64,000 bases of DNA from Desulfobacterales bacterium (GTDB lineage: Bacteria > Desulfobacterota > Desulfobacteria > Desulfobacterales > JAFDDL01). A program made the translations under genes and the position numbers. The notes beneath the pieces are model-generated. The model was not told the origin of the DNA and ran no database searches. It was given only the letters and a program-made list of their open reading frames with translations. Location of the stretch: positions 8,139 through 72,138 of the forward strand of contig JBECKW010000017.1 in assembly GCA_040235505.1 (NCBI GenBank), given 5' to 3'. Shown piece by piece: positions 1-7,540 of this stretch (position 1 is the stretch's first letter; every line of letters begins with the position of its first letter).

Positions 1-366
1 CGTTTTGCCGCTGCCGGTGGGACCGATCAGCAGGATGTTGCTTTTCTGGAGTTCCACGTCCCCGGAAGAAACCATGGAATCCAGCCGCTTATAATGGTTG
101 TGGACCGCCACCGCCAGGATTTTCTTGGCGTGATCCTGCTCGATGACATATTCATCGAGTTTCACCTTGATGTCTTTGGGGACCAGCCCCTGGACCAGCT
201 TCTCGGCGTCTTTTTCGCTTTCCTCTTCAATGATCTCACTGCACAGCTGGATGCATTCGTCGCAGATGTAGACCGCAGGCCCCGCGATCAGCTTTTTTAC
301 CTCTTTCTGGTTTTTCCCGCAAAAAGAGCAAAAGAGATTGTCGCCCACATCGCCTTTTTTGGCCAT
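1..366 (-). CDS. clpX: ATP-dependent Clp protease ATP-binding subunit ClpX (N-terminal ~122 codons; gene continues past the left edge)
   Basis: Not in the ORF track because it runs off the window. Reverse translation from the ATG at 366 gives [42 protein letters not shown] (C4 zinc finger), then ...[11 protein letters not shown] (Walker A). It lies immediately downstream of clpP. Confidence 0.9.
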   Translation of the reverse strand, partial: MAKKGDVGDNLFCSFCGKNQKEVKKLIAGPAVYICDECIQLCSEIIEEESEKDAEKLVQGLVPKDIKVKLDEYVIEQDHAKKILAVAVHNHYKRLDSMVSSGDVELQKSNILLIGPTGSGKT

Positions 367-367
367 G

Positions 368-982
368 CTATGCCTCCGTTGTTCCGATGTTATCTAAGTC
401 ATCCCGGTTGGTGATGACATGGTCGATCAGCCCGTAATCCCTGGCCTCACGACTCGACATAAAATAATCCCGATCCGTATCGTTTGCAATCTGCTCGAGC
501 TTCCTGCCGGTGTGAAAGGAAAGAATCGTATTCAGCGTCTCCTTCATGCGCAGAATTTCCTTGGCCTGGATCGCGATATCCGATGCCTGCCCCTGAAATC
601 CGCCCATGGGTTGATGGATCAAAATGCGGGCGTTGGGCAGCGCATAGCGCTTTCCCTTGGCCCCGGCAGCCAGGAGCACGGCCCCCATGCTGGCGGCCTG
701 ACCGATACAAACGGTGGCAATATCCGGTTTGATGTATTGCATGGTATCATACACCGCCATCCCGGCCGTTACCACCCCCCCGGGCGAGTTTACATAAAAA
801 TTGATATCCTTCTCCGGGTCTTCCGATTCCAGGAACAGAAGCTGTGCGATCAGCAGGTTGGCCACTTCATCGTTGATGGCGGTCCCCAGAAAGATGATCC
901 GGTCCTTCAGGAGTCTTGAATAAATATCATATGACCGCTCGCCCCTGCTGCTCTGTTCAACGACCATCGGTATTAACGGCAC
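368..982 (-). CDS. clpP: ATP-dependent Clp protease proteolytic subunit ClpP
   Basis: 204 aa. Contains [27 protein letters not shown] (catalytic Ser) and IHQP (catalytic His). Sits in the canonical tig-clpP-clpX order. Confidence 0.97.
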   Translation of the reverse strand: MPLIPMVVEQSSRGERSYDIYSRLLKDRIIFLGTAINDEVANLLIAQLLFLESEDPEKDINFYVNSPGGVVTAGMAVYDTMQYIKPDIATVCIGQAASMGAVLLAAGAKGKRYALPNARILIHQPMGGFQGQASDIAIQAKEILRMKETLNTILSFHTGRKLEQIANDTDRDYFMSSREARDYGLIDHVITNRDDLDNIGTTEA

Positions 983-1030
983 CGCATTTCTCCTTATTTT
1001 TCATAAAAAGTTGTGTTTTTGTCAAACGAA

Positions 1031-2356
1031 TTACTCTGTGTCTGCTTCCTTCGGCGCTTCTTCAGCTTTCACTTCGTTCATGTTAGCATGCTCCAGTATA
1101 AGTTTCATCGCTTTTTTTTCAAGGAGCGTCTCTTTGAAATAGGCCAGTTTATCCTGCTGGGTCATGAAATAATTCTTAAACCCCTCAAACGGCTGCCGGT
1201 AAGCGTCGGCCATCTCCCGCAGGCCTTCATCGAGCTCTTCATCCGAAAGGGTCAGAGCCTCCTGCTCTATAATGCCACCCAGGATCAGATGACGGCGAGC
1301 CTGTTTTTCAGCGGTGTCCCGGTACTTTTCCGTCAGGCTTTCTCTGGAAATGCCGGCATCCTCGAAGGACATGTTGTGATAGGAAAAGGATCGTTCAGCA
1401 TCCGCCACAATGTTCTCGAGTTCAAAATTTACCAGAATTTCAGGAACTTCGAAATCCACCTTTCCGATAAGATCGGTAAACGCCTGTTCGTTTAGCTCCT
1501 GCTCGGTTCTCTTCTCATACCCCTGAACCAGGTTTTCCCGTATCGACGTTTTAAGGGCTTCCAGGGATTCGAACTTGCCCAGTTTTTTCGCAAACTCGTC
1601 ATCGATGTCCGGAAGCTCTTCTTCCAGAATATCTTTGACAGCCACCTTGAAGTCCACTATCTGCCCCGCCAGCTTTTCATTGTGATAATCCTCCGGAAAC
1701 GTAATGGAAAACTCCTTGTCATCCCCCGTATTCGAGCCCAAAATCTCTTTGTCGAATGCGTCAAGGATGGCACCGTCCCCAAGCTTCATGGTAAAATTTT
1801 CCGTTTTTCCGACCTCTTCAAACGACTTGCCGTCCTGGAAACCCTCATAATCGACAATCACAAAATCTCCATCGGCAGCCGGACGCTTTTCCTTCAGGGG
1901 CGTTTTCTGGGCCAGGTTGGACTGAAGCATTTTGAGCTGGCCGTCCACCATGTCGTCGGTCACGTCGTAAACGGTTTTTTTAAGCTCAAGACCTTTGAAA
2001 TCGATGGCACCCAGGGCGGGTTTTATCTCGATCGTGGCGTCGTAGCTGTAAGGCGAATCGGCACTGAGTTCCGGCGGATCAATCTGCGGATTTCCGATAG
2101 GCTCGAGCGCCTTCTCCTTGAGGGCCTCAAAAAAGGAGTCCTGAATCAAGCTCGATGAAACATCCGCCAGAACATCTCTTTTATAGAGCCGCTCCAGAAC
2201 GCTTCGGGGGGCCTTGCCCTGCCTGAACCCTTTGATTTTCGCTGTTTTTTTAAGCGTGTTATATGCCTTGTCCAATTCGCTGGTGATTTTTTCAACAGGA
2301 ATTTCGATATGGAGCACTTTTTTAACTGAACTGATATCTTCCACCGTCGCTTGCAT
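1031..2356 (-). CDS. tig: Trigger factor (ribosome-associated peptidyl-prolyl isomerase)
   Basis: 441 aa. The N-terminus MQATVEDISSVKKVLHIEIP...GFRQGKAP is the trigger-factor ribosome-binding motif region. Position upstream of clpP fits. Confidence 0.95.
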   Translation of the reverse strand: MQATVEDISSVKKVLHIEIPVEKITSELDKAYNTLKKTAKIKGFRQGKAPRSVLERLYKRDVLADVSSSLIQDSFFEALKEKALEPIGNPQIDPPELSADSPYSYDATIEIKPALGAIDFKGLELKKTVYDVTDDMVDGQLKMLQSNLAQKTPLKEKRPAADGDFVIVDYEGFQDGKSFEEVGKTENFTMKLGDGAILDAFDKEILGSNTGDDKEFSITFPEDYHNEKLAGQIVDFKVAVKDILEEELPDIDDEFAKKLGKFESLEALKTSIRENLVQGYEKRTEQELNEQAFTDLIGKVDFEVPEILVNFELENIVADAERSFSYHNMSFEDAGISRESLTEKYRDTAEKQARRHLILGGIIEQEALTLSDEELDEGLREMADAYRQPFEGFKNYFMTQQDKLAYFKETLLEKKAMKLILEHANMNEVKAEEAPKEADTE

Positions 2357-2381
2357 GATATTCCTTTCTGATAAAAAAACT

Positions 2382-2468
2382 TGGTGCGAGAGGGGAGACT
2401 TGAACTCCCACTCTGTCGCCAGAGCTGGATCCTAAGTCCAGTGCGTCTACCAATTCCGCCACTCTCGC
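2382..2468 (-). tRNA. tRNA-Leu (anticodon TAG), CCA encoded
   Basis: Minus-strand read: GCGAGAG...CTGGA-CTTAGGA-TCCAG...long variable arm...GGGAG-TTCAAGT-CTCCC-CTCTCGC-ACCA. A 7-bp acceptor stem, an anticodon loop with TAG and a type-II variable arm all fold by hand. Confidence 0.9.
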
Positions 2469-2713
2469 AATAATCGTCTGACCGGCACAACCTTCATAAA
2501 ATAGTCAAAACCCGTTCCCCCACGATCAATATCAAATCACCCCCTGGCTCTGTTCTGGTCTTTGTAAGGCTGAAACACCAAGGGGATCGCCCACGCGGGA
2601 TGACAGAAAACCACTTCTGGTGGAAACGGGTCGGGATCAACAGCTTGACATTATACCTATATATATTACAGTGCCAAAATAAATTTTTCCAAAGATAATA
2701 TCAAACCTGTTGG

Positions 2714-3532
2714 GTGTCAAGAAATTTTAAAAAAGCGCTTGAAATGTCAACATATTGTTTTCATGTCACATTTAAGCGGCTTGCCGGATTCCTGGCCATC
2801 GTGCTGGTATCTTGTGTCGCTTTATCATTTGAATCGCTTCGGGCTGAAACGACCCGCTCCTCATCCGATCATCCCGTCATATTCTTGGATCCAGGCCACG
2901 GCGGGCAGGACATCGGTGCCCGGGGAGCAACCGGTCTCCAGGAAAAGGATGTCACGCTGACATTGGCAAAACTTGTCGAAGAGAAGCTGGACAGCAACGA
3001 TGTCGTCCGGCTCTCCCGAAATGATGATTACGGTCTGGCGCTTTACCAGCGCACCGAAAACGCCAACAGCCGCAATGCCGACCTTTTTATCAGTCTTCAC
3101 ACAGGAGGCGCTTTCAACTACAGCGGCGAGGGAATCGTCGTTTTTTATTTCCTGGATTCTCCCGGCCGGATTCTTCCCGAAGATTCTTCCGAAGATGAGC
3201 CCGTCGACCGGAACACCGGCCGGATCCCGTGGCAAAGCGTCCAATATCGGCACACATCGGAAAGCCGGTTGCTGGCCCAGCTCCTCCAGGCGGCCCTTGC
3301 GGACAAAGCCGGCACTCAGGGCTGCCACGTCATCGGCGCCCCTCTCTCGGTACTTTCAGGGGCCGACATGCCGGCCGTTTTGATAGAAACCGGCAATCTG
3401 AACAATCCGGCCGAAGAGGAAAAACTCAGAGATCCGGATTACCTCGCTTCCCTGGCGAAAGCCATCACCGGCGCAATAGACGGCTATTTTAAAAAGACGG
3501 CCGACATCACATCAATAGACTTGCACGAGTAG
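2714..3532 (+). CDS. N-acetylmuramoyl-L-alanine amidase (Amidase_3 family), secreted
   Basis: 272 aa. Contains VIFLDPGHGGQDIGARG, LFISLHTGG and VLIETGNLNNPAEEEKL, typical AmiA/B/C catalytic-domain blocks. Has an N-terminal hydrophobic segment. The start is a GTG at 2714, with an alternative ATG at about 2744. Confidence 0.85.
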   Translation: MSRNFKKALEMSTYCFHVTFKRLAGFLAIVLVSCVALSFESLRAETTRSSSDHPVIFLDPGHGGQDIGARGATGLQEKDVTLTLAKLVEEKLDSNDVVRLSRNDDYGLALYQRTENANSRNADLFISLHTGGAFNYSGEGIVVFYFLDSPGRILPEDSSEDEPVDRNTGRIPWQSVQYRHTSESRLLAQLLQAALADKAGTQGCHVIGAPLSVLSGADMPAVLIETGNLNNPAEEEKLRDPDYLASLAKAITGAIDGYFKKTADITSIDLHE

Positions 3533-3583
3533 CCAAAGCATGATAGGAATCGCTGCCATCTTTTCCGGTACTTAGGAATCATC

Positions 3584-3695
<112 letters not shown>

Positions 3696-3743
3696 GGCGT
3701 ATACAACGCCCCCGATAATGTTACATCGCATTATAAAAGATCG

Positions 3744-5165
3744 TCAGTTCAAAAGCAGATCCGAATCGATCACCGTCCCTTCGGGGATAGTCCGGGGTTT
3801 GGCGCCCGGCGAGGTGATGGTGACCGCGCCGCGGATGGTGACGTTTTTTTCAAAGAAGACATTGCCCTCGATGCTCAAAAATTTGCAGGCGGAAAGGTTC
3901 GGGATGCCCCGGGCAAATCGCTCTTCGAACTGATCCAGGTTTTTGTAATATTCGGGATCGAGGGTGACGTGGATGCTTTCGGATTCAACTCCCGGCGCTG
4001 GAATCAGGCCCTCTTCATCCGAAAGATAGTATCGGTCGGATTTGAGGACCAGAAGATCGTTGGTGGATTTGACCGGAATGAACCGGGTTCGCGGCACGCG
4101 GACGGCGGCGGCACCCTTGAACAGAGAGATGGCTGCGCCCATGGCGGTTTCGATCTGATATACCCGGGGGCTGTCTGGGTCACGCGGGTCCAGATGCTTC
4201 GGGTTCAGCATCATGGGGAGTTTGATTCCCCCGTTCTTTTCAATATGCTTTTTCAGGTGTACCAGGTTGATCCAGATGTTGTTGGTATTGAAAAACCGGT
4301 ACCGCTCGATGTCCTGGAAAGCGGCGCGGTCCTCGGGCCGGCATTGCGCCGCCTCCCGAAGCAAAAGGTGGTCGTTTTCATCCATGGCCAGATGTCCGCC
4401 CTTGGCATCGGACAAAGTTCGTTGGGTAACTTCCATCATAAATGAAAAGCCGGCCTTCGAAAAATACCCGAGGAGAGAAGGATCCAGGGTCGCCCCGAGA
4501 TTATCCGAGTTCGAGATGAAGGCATAGTGGATGCCATGGCCCAGAAGCTTATCAAGAAGTCCCGAAGTGTACAGACTGTTGTAGACATCCCCGTGACCCG
4601 CCGGGTTCCACTCCAGGGTTTCATCTTCCGGATGAAAGGCCGGCATAAGGGTTTCCTGAAGAAGTTTAGGAAACATGTTCTGAAAAAACATGAGGGGCGG
4701 AAGATTCTCATCCGCGCCGGCAACTTCCCGGCAGATGGCTTCATGGGTGCTGTCGCTGTTCATCAGACACAGGGGAATATTTTCCCGCCCGGCATCCTGA
4801 ATAATGATATCAATGAAGCGCTTCCCATTTTTCACCTTCACCAAGGACTTGGGACCGGTCAGGCCCATGGTGGTACCGAGGCCTCCGTTTAGAACAATTC
4901 TCGCGGTTCTATTCAGGGCAGAACGGCCATGGAATTCAAATCCCTTCAAATCATCATAGGAATCGATACGTGTTTCCGGGACAGGCTGAATGCACGCTTC
5001 CGTCACAAATCCGTCCTTTTTGTCAAGCAGTTGACGGTAGTAGTCGAAAAACACTTCGATCGTCGTCGTGTCAAGACCCTTTTCTCTCATCTTCCACGCA
5101 AACAACTCCTGCGGGTCTGCCGACAGGCAGCTTTCACTTGAATGGTTCGTCGTTAAGGAGATCAT
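3744..5165 (-). CDS. UTP--glucose-1-phosphate uridylyltransferase, UDPGP (UGP2-like) family, paralog 1
   Basis: 473 aa. Contains VLNGGLGTTMGLTGPKSLVKVKNGKRFIDI, FISNSDNLGATLDP and FFNTNNIWINL, blocks shared with eukaryote-type UDP-glucose pyrophosphorylase. Confidence 0.85.
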   Translation of the reverse strand: MISLTTNHSSESCLSADPQELFAWKMREKGLDTTTIEVFFDYYRQLLDKKDGFVTEACIQPVPETRIDSYDDLKGFEFHGRSALNRTARIVLNGGLGTTMGLTGPKSLVKVKNGKRFIDIIIQDAGRENIPLCLMNSDSTHEAICREVAGADENLPPLMFFQNMFPKLLQETLMPAFHPEDETLEWNPAGHGDVYNSLYTSGLLDKLLGHGIHYAFISNSDNLGATLDPSLLGYFSKAGFSFMMEVTQRTLSDAKGGHLAMDENDHLLLREAAQCRPEDRAAFQDIERYRFFNTNNIWINLVHLKKHIEKNGGIKLPMMLNPKHLDPRDPDSPRVYQIETAMGAAISLFKGAAAVRVPRTRFIPVKSTNDLLVLKSDRYYLSDEEGLIPAPGVESESIHVTLDPEYYKNLDQFEERFARGIPNLSACKFLSIEGNVFFEKNVTIRGAVTITSPGAKPRTIPEGTVIDSDLLLN

Positions 5166-5310
5166 TTGGAGTACCTTTAAACTTCAAGAATAGTAAAGAA
5201 GCTGCCTTTCCGCTATCAAGTCAATCTCTTTCGACCTTAATAAGGCCTGATTGAAATGCGCCAACCGGCGCTTTAAAAAGAGTTTCTCCAGTTGCCCGGT
5301 AACCCGAAAA

Positions 5311-5326
5311 GCAATTATGATGCCAT
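5311..5326 (-). promoter_or_regulatory. Candidate sigma54 (RpoN) promoter reading toward the UGP gene at 5165
   Basis: Minus strand reads TGGCAT-CATAA-TTGCT. The GG and GC are separated by exactly 10 nt, against the consensus TGGCAC-N5-TTGCW. It lies about 145 nt upstream of the start codon. Confidence 0.5.
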
Positions 5327-5581
5327 AAATGCATTTGCTATGAACCTTTATGCAAAGTAAAATTATATCTGTTTGATTTAGCAGACAATACTGTTAAACC
5401 ATGGGGAATAGCATACTAGAACAAAAAAACACTTCTCCCTTTGAAGCCAATAACAGATTGAAAAAATTACTTATTTTTAGCTAAGAGCAATAGAGTTCGA
5501 CAGAGGTTTTTTACCTAATATTAAGTAATTTTTTTCACACATAGAAGTGCTGTGTGTAGATGGCAGGACTATTGGTGCTGA

Positions 5582-5711
5582 GTGCTGAGTGACTGCGAAA
5601 GACGGTGAAGATATATAAGGTTATAACGGTATACAGTCCAAGATATACGGTAAAAATAAAGTGCACACCGTAAACCGCATACCGTTCACCGTTTTCGCAG
5701 TTTCTCACCAC
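5582..5711. repeat. Long imperfect inverted repeat (27-28 nt arms, 75-nt spacer) built from tandem words
   Basis: Left arm 5582-5609 is gtgctgagtgactgcgaaagacggtgaa. Right arm 5685-5711 is ttcaccgttttcgcagtttctcaccac. Hand pairing gives 24 Watson-Crick pairs, 1 G·U, 2 mismatches and 1 bulge. The spacer carries further acggt/accgt words. Confidence 0.6.
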
Positions 5712-5716
5712 CCCTT

Positions 5717-6676
5717 TCAATTCGTAACCCAGATATAATCGGCCGAATGGAGAACAATCGGTTCATCCGGTTCCGTCAGCACAATTGTGCGAAAGCAGGC
5801 GCCGTTTCGTCTGTAAGCCCGGTCGGGAATCCCGAATTTGTAAATGATGTGGCCATTGCCGGCCAGCACTACCATGGAAGATTCAGACAGATGCTCTGAA
5901 ATGGTTTCAGCCATGGCCTCGTCCCATACGCATTGGGCGGCATAGAAATTATCAAAATTATCAAACCCGGGCACCTGATGCTTGCCGAAAATTTTCCGGA
6001 CATACTCCTGATGGGTTTTGTTGCCAAGATCGATGGTTTTCGGCAGGAATTTTTTTTCGTCCGCCGAAAGGGTATCGAGGCCGCCTGTCGCGATTTTGGG
6101 TGGGATGTGGAAGGGGATATTTAAAGCAACAAGCGAGAGATGCTTTTCCCGGGCCAATAAGAAGATATCGCGGTATAAAGAAAAAGGGTATCTCCAATTG
6201 GCGTACCAGTGAAGCGTCGCTATCAGCCGTTTTTCATCCAGACGGCCCGATGTCCACAGATCAAGCTGGGGCTGATAGGTGCGATCCACCATTTCGATAC
6301 CGATCTTGAGTCCCGGATCTATTTCCGAAAGACGCCTGATAATGCGCTGCTGAACCTGATGATGACTTTGATTGTTATGGTTTTCACCGATATAAACGAT
6401 TCGCACGGCCCGAATCTCGGAGATTAATTGATCGAATGAAATCGAGGTTCCATCGATACCGGCAAGAATGGTGTTTTCCGGATAAGAAGCGGTCATGGAC
6501 GCCTTTTCGGGGATCCCGCCTTTTTGAGCGAAACAGCCCGGGACCGTGATCACCAGGCAGATGCCCAGAAACGCGACAGAGAAAAAAAAGGGGCTGGGTT
6601 TCAACGATGCCATCATGAATATTATTTTACGATGTTCGCAAAATGAGTACCAGGTATTTTTCTCCCAAACCTGCAT
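5717..6676 (-). CDS. ChaN-family (haem-binding/Tiki-like) lipoprotein
   Basis: 319 aa. Contains VYIGENHNNQSHHQVQQRII and LAGNGH, blocks I recognise from ChaN-like proteins. Has a signal/lipobox-like ITVPGC. The real start is probably the internal MMASL at about 6616. Confidence 0.6.
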   Translation of the reverse strand: MQVWEKNTWYSFCEHRKIIFMMASLKPSPFFFSVAFLGICLVITVPGCFAQKGGIPEKASMTASYPENTILAGIDGTSISFDQLISEIRAVRIVYIGENHNNQSHHQVQQRIIRRLSEIDPGLKIGIEMVDRTYQPQLDLWTSGRLDEKRLIATLHWYANWRYPFSLYRDIFLLAREKHLSLVALNIPFHIPPKIATGGLDTLSADEKKFLPKTIDLGNKTHQEYVRKIFGKHQVPGFDNFDNFYAAQCVWDEAMAETISEHLSESSMVVLAGNGHIIYKFGIPDRAYRRNGACFRTIVLTEPDEPIVLHSADYIWVTN

Positions 6677-6764
6677 GCCGTTGCTTTTTCTTTGACGGGA
6701 CAGTAAGGTAGCGCCAACCGTCAGGCACGGGGCATCTATTTGATTATTAACAGCAGGAGGAACT

Positions 6765-6938
6765 ATGCATCTGTATTGGCGCGTGCAACAGGATCTGAAT
6801 TGCCTTGGCGAGGTGATCCATTTCCATGACCCGAGCTTTATTCGCAGCCAGAAGGAATGGGTGAGGCGAAATTTGGCGGGAATCCGCCTGGCGGAAGGTA
6901 TTGATTCCGAAGTTTGGGAAAAGCCAAGCTTGAATTGA
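6765..6938 (+). CDS. Hypothetical small protein (57 aa)
   Basis: ATG preceded by AGGAGG at ideal spacing. Translates to MHLYWRVQQDLNCLGEVIHFHDPSFIRSQKEWVRRNLAGIRLAEGIDSEVWEKPSLN and is followed by a terminator hairpin. Below the ORF-track length cutoff. I recognise no family. Confidence 0.3.
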   Translation: MHLYWRVQQDLNCLGEVIHFHDPSFIRSQKEWVRRNLAGIRLAEGIDSEVWEKPSLN

Positions 6939-6951
6939 TTCTCAATGCAAA

Positions 6952-6996
6952 AAAAGGTGCTGCCTCAGAGAAAAGCTCTCTTTGGGAGCACCTTTT
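6952..6996. terminator. Bidirectional terminator-like hairpin between convergent genes
   Basis: aaaaggtgct...agcacctttt is a 10-bp outer stem with an extra inner GAG/CTC stem. It is flanked by an A run and a T run. Confidence 0.5.
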
Positions 6997-7013
6997 GTTA
7001 ATTTTTCAGCATA

Positions 7014-7442
7014 TTAGTCGGCATCGGCAAACGGGGTTCCGACCTGGTTGATCTCGATCAGGTTTCCCGCGTTATCGCGGATAAAGCCCATCGCCACACC
7101 GTCGATCACATTCTCCATGGCGATTTCCACGCCGCTCGCCTTCAACTTGTCCAGGGCCGCCCGGGCATCCGGCACCTCGATTGAAAGATGCTTCCAGCCG
7201 TGGGTCAACAAATCCTTGTTGGGAATTTTTCGGTCTTCGGACATGCGTGTGGCGCCTTCCATTTCGAAAATTTCAAGGCGAAAATCATCGCGCTTCAGAA
7301 AGGCGATTTTGGCGCCGATGGGCGGAATTTCCATCCGCTTTTCAACAGCAAAGCCTAAAACATCCCCATACCACTTTATGGAAGCTTCCAGATCCGGAAC
7401 GCTCAACCCCATATGATGCGCGCGAAAGTCTATGACACTCAT
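7014..7442 (-). CDS. VOC-family protein (glyoxalase / methylmalonyl-CoA epimerase-like)
   Basis: 142 aa. HHMGLSVPDLEASIKWYGDVLGF and HLSIEV match the metal-ligand pattern of the glyoxalase/bleomycin-resistance fold. Confidence 0.8.
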   Translation of the reverse strand: MSVIDFRAHHMGLSVPDLEASIKWYGDVLGFAVEKRMEIPPIGAKIAFLKRDDFRLEIFEMEGATRMSEDRKIPNKDLLTHGWKHLSIEVPDARAALDKLKASGVEIAMENVIDGVAMGFIRDNAGNLIEINQVGTPFADAD

Positions 7443-7500
7443 TTTTTCCTCCCGTTATTGATTATTTCAGTAAATAGAAGGCCTATACCATACTTTTTTT

Positions 7501-7531
7501 AATCTGCGCAAATCTACGGAATCTGCGGATC
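7501..7531. repeat. Tandem word repeat (aatctgcg / aatctacgg / aatctgcgg)
   Basis: aatctgcgc-aaatctacgg-aatctgcgg-atc lies directly after the glgB stop codon. I found no inverted partner nearby. Confidence 0.5.
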
Positions 7532-7540
7532 ACTTTTTGC

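Noticed and set aside
5535-5720. 61-aa minus-strand ORF in the AT-rich spacer.
   Set aside because: It is composed largely of the inverted-repeat element (5582-5711). It has no RBS and a low-complexity hydrophobic product, so it is best explained as a repeat-derived spurious ORF.
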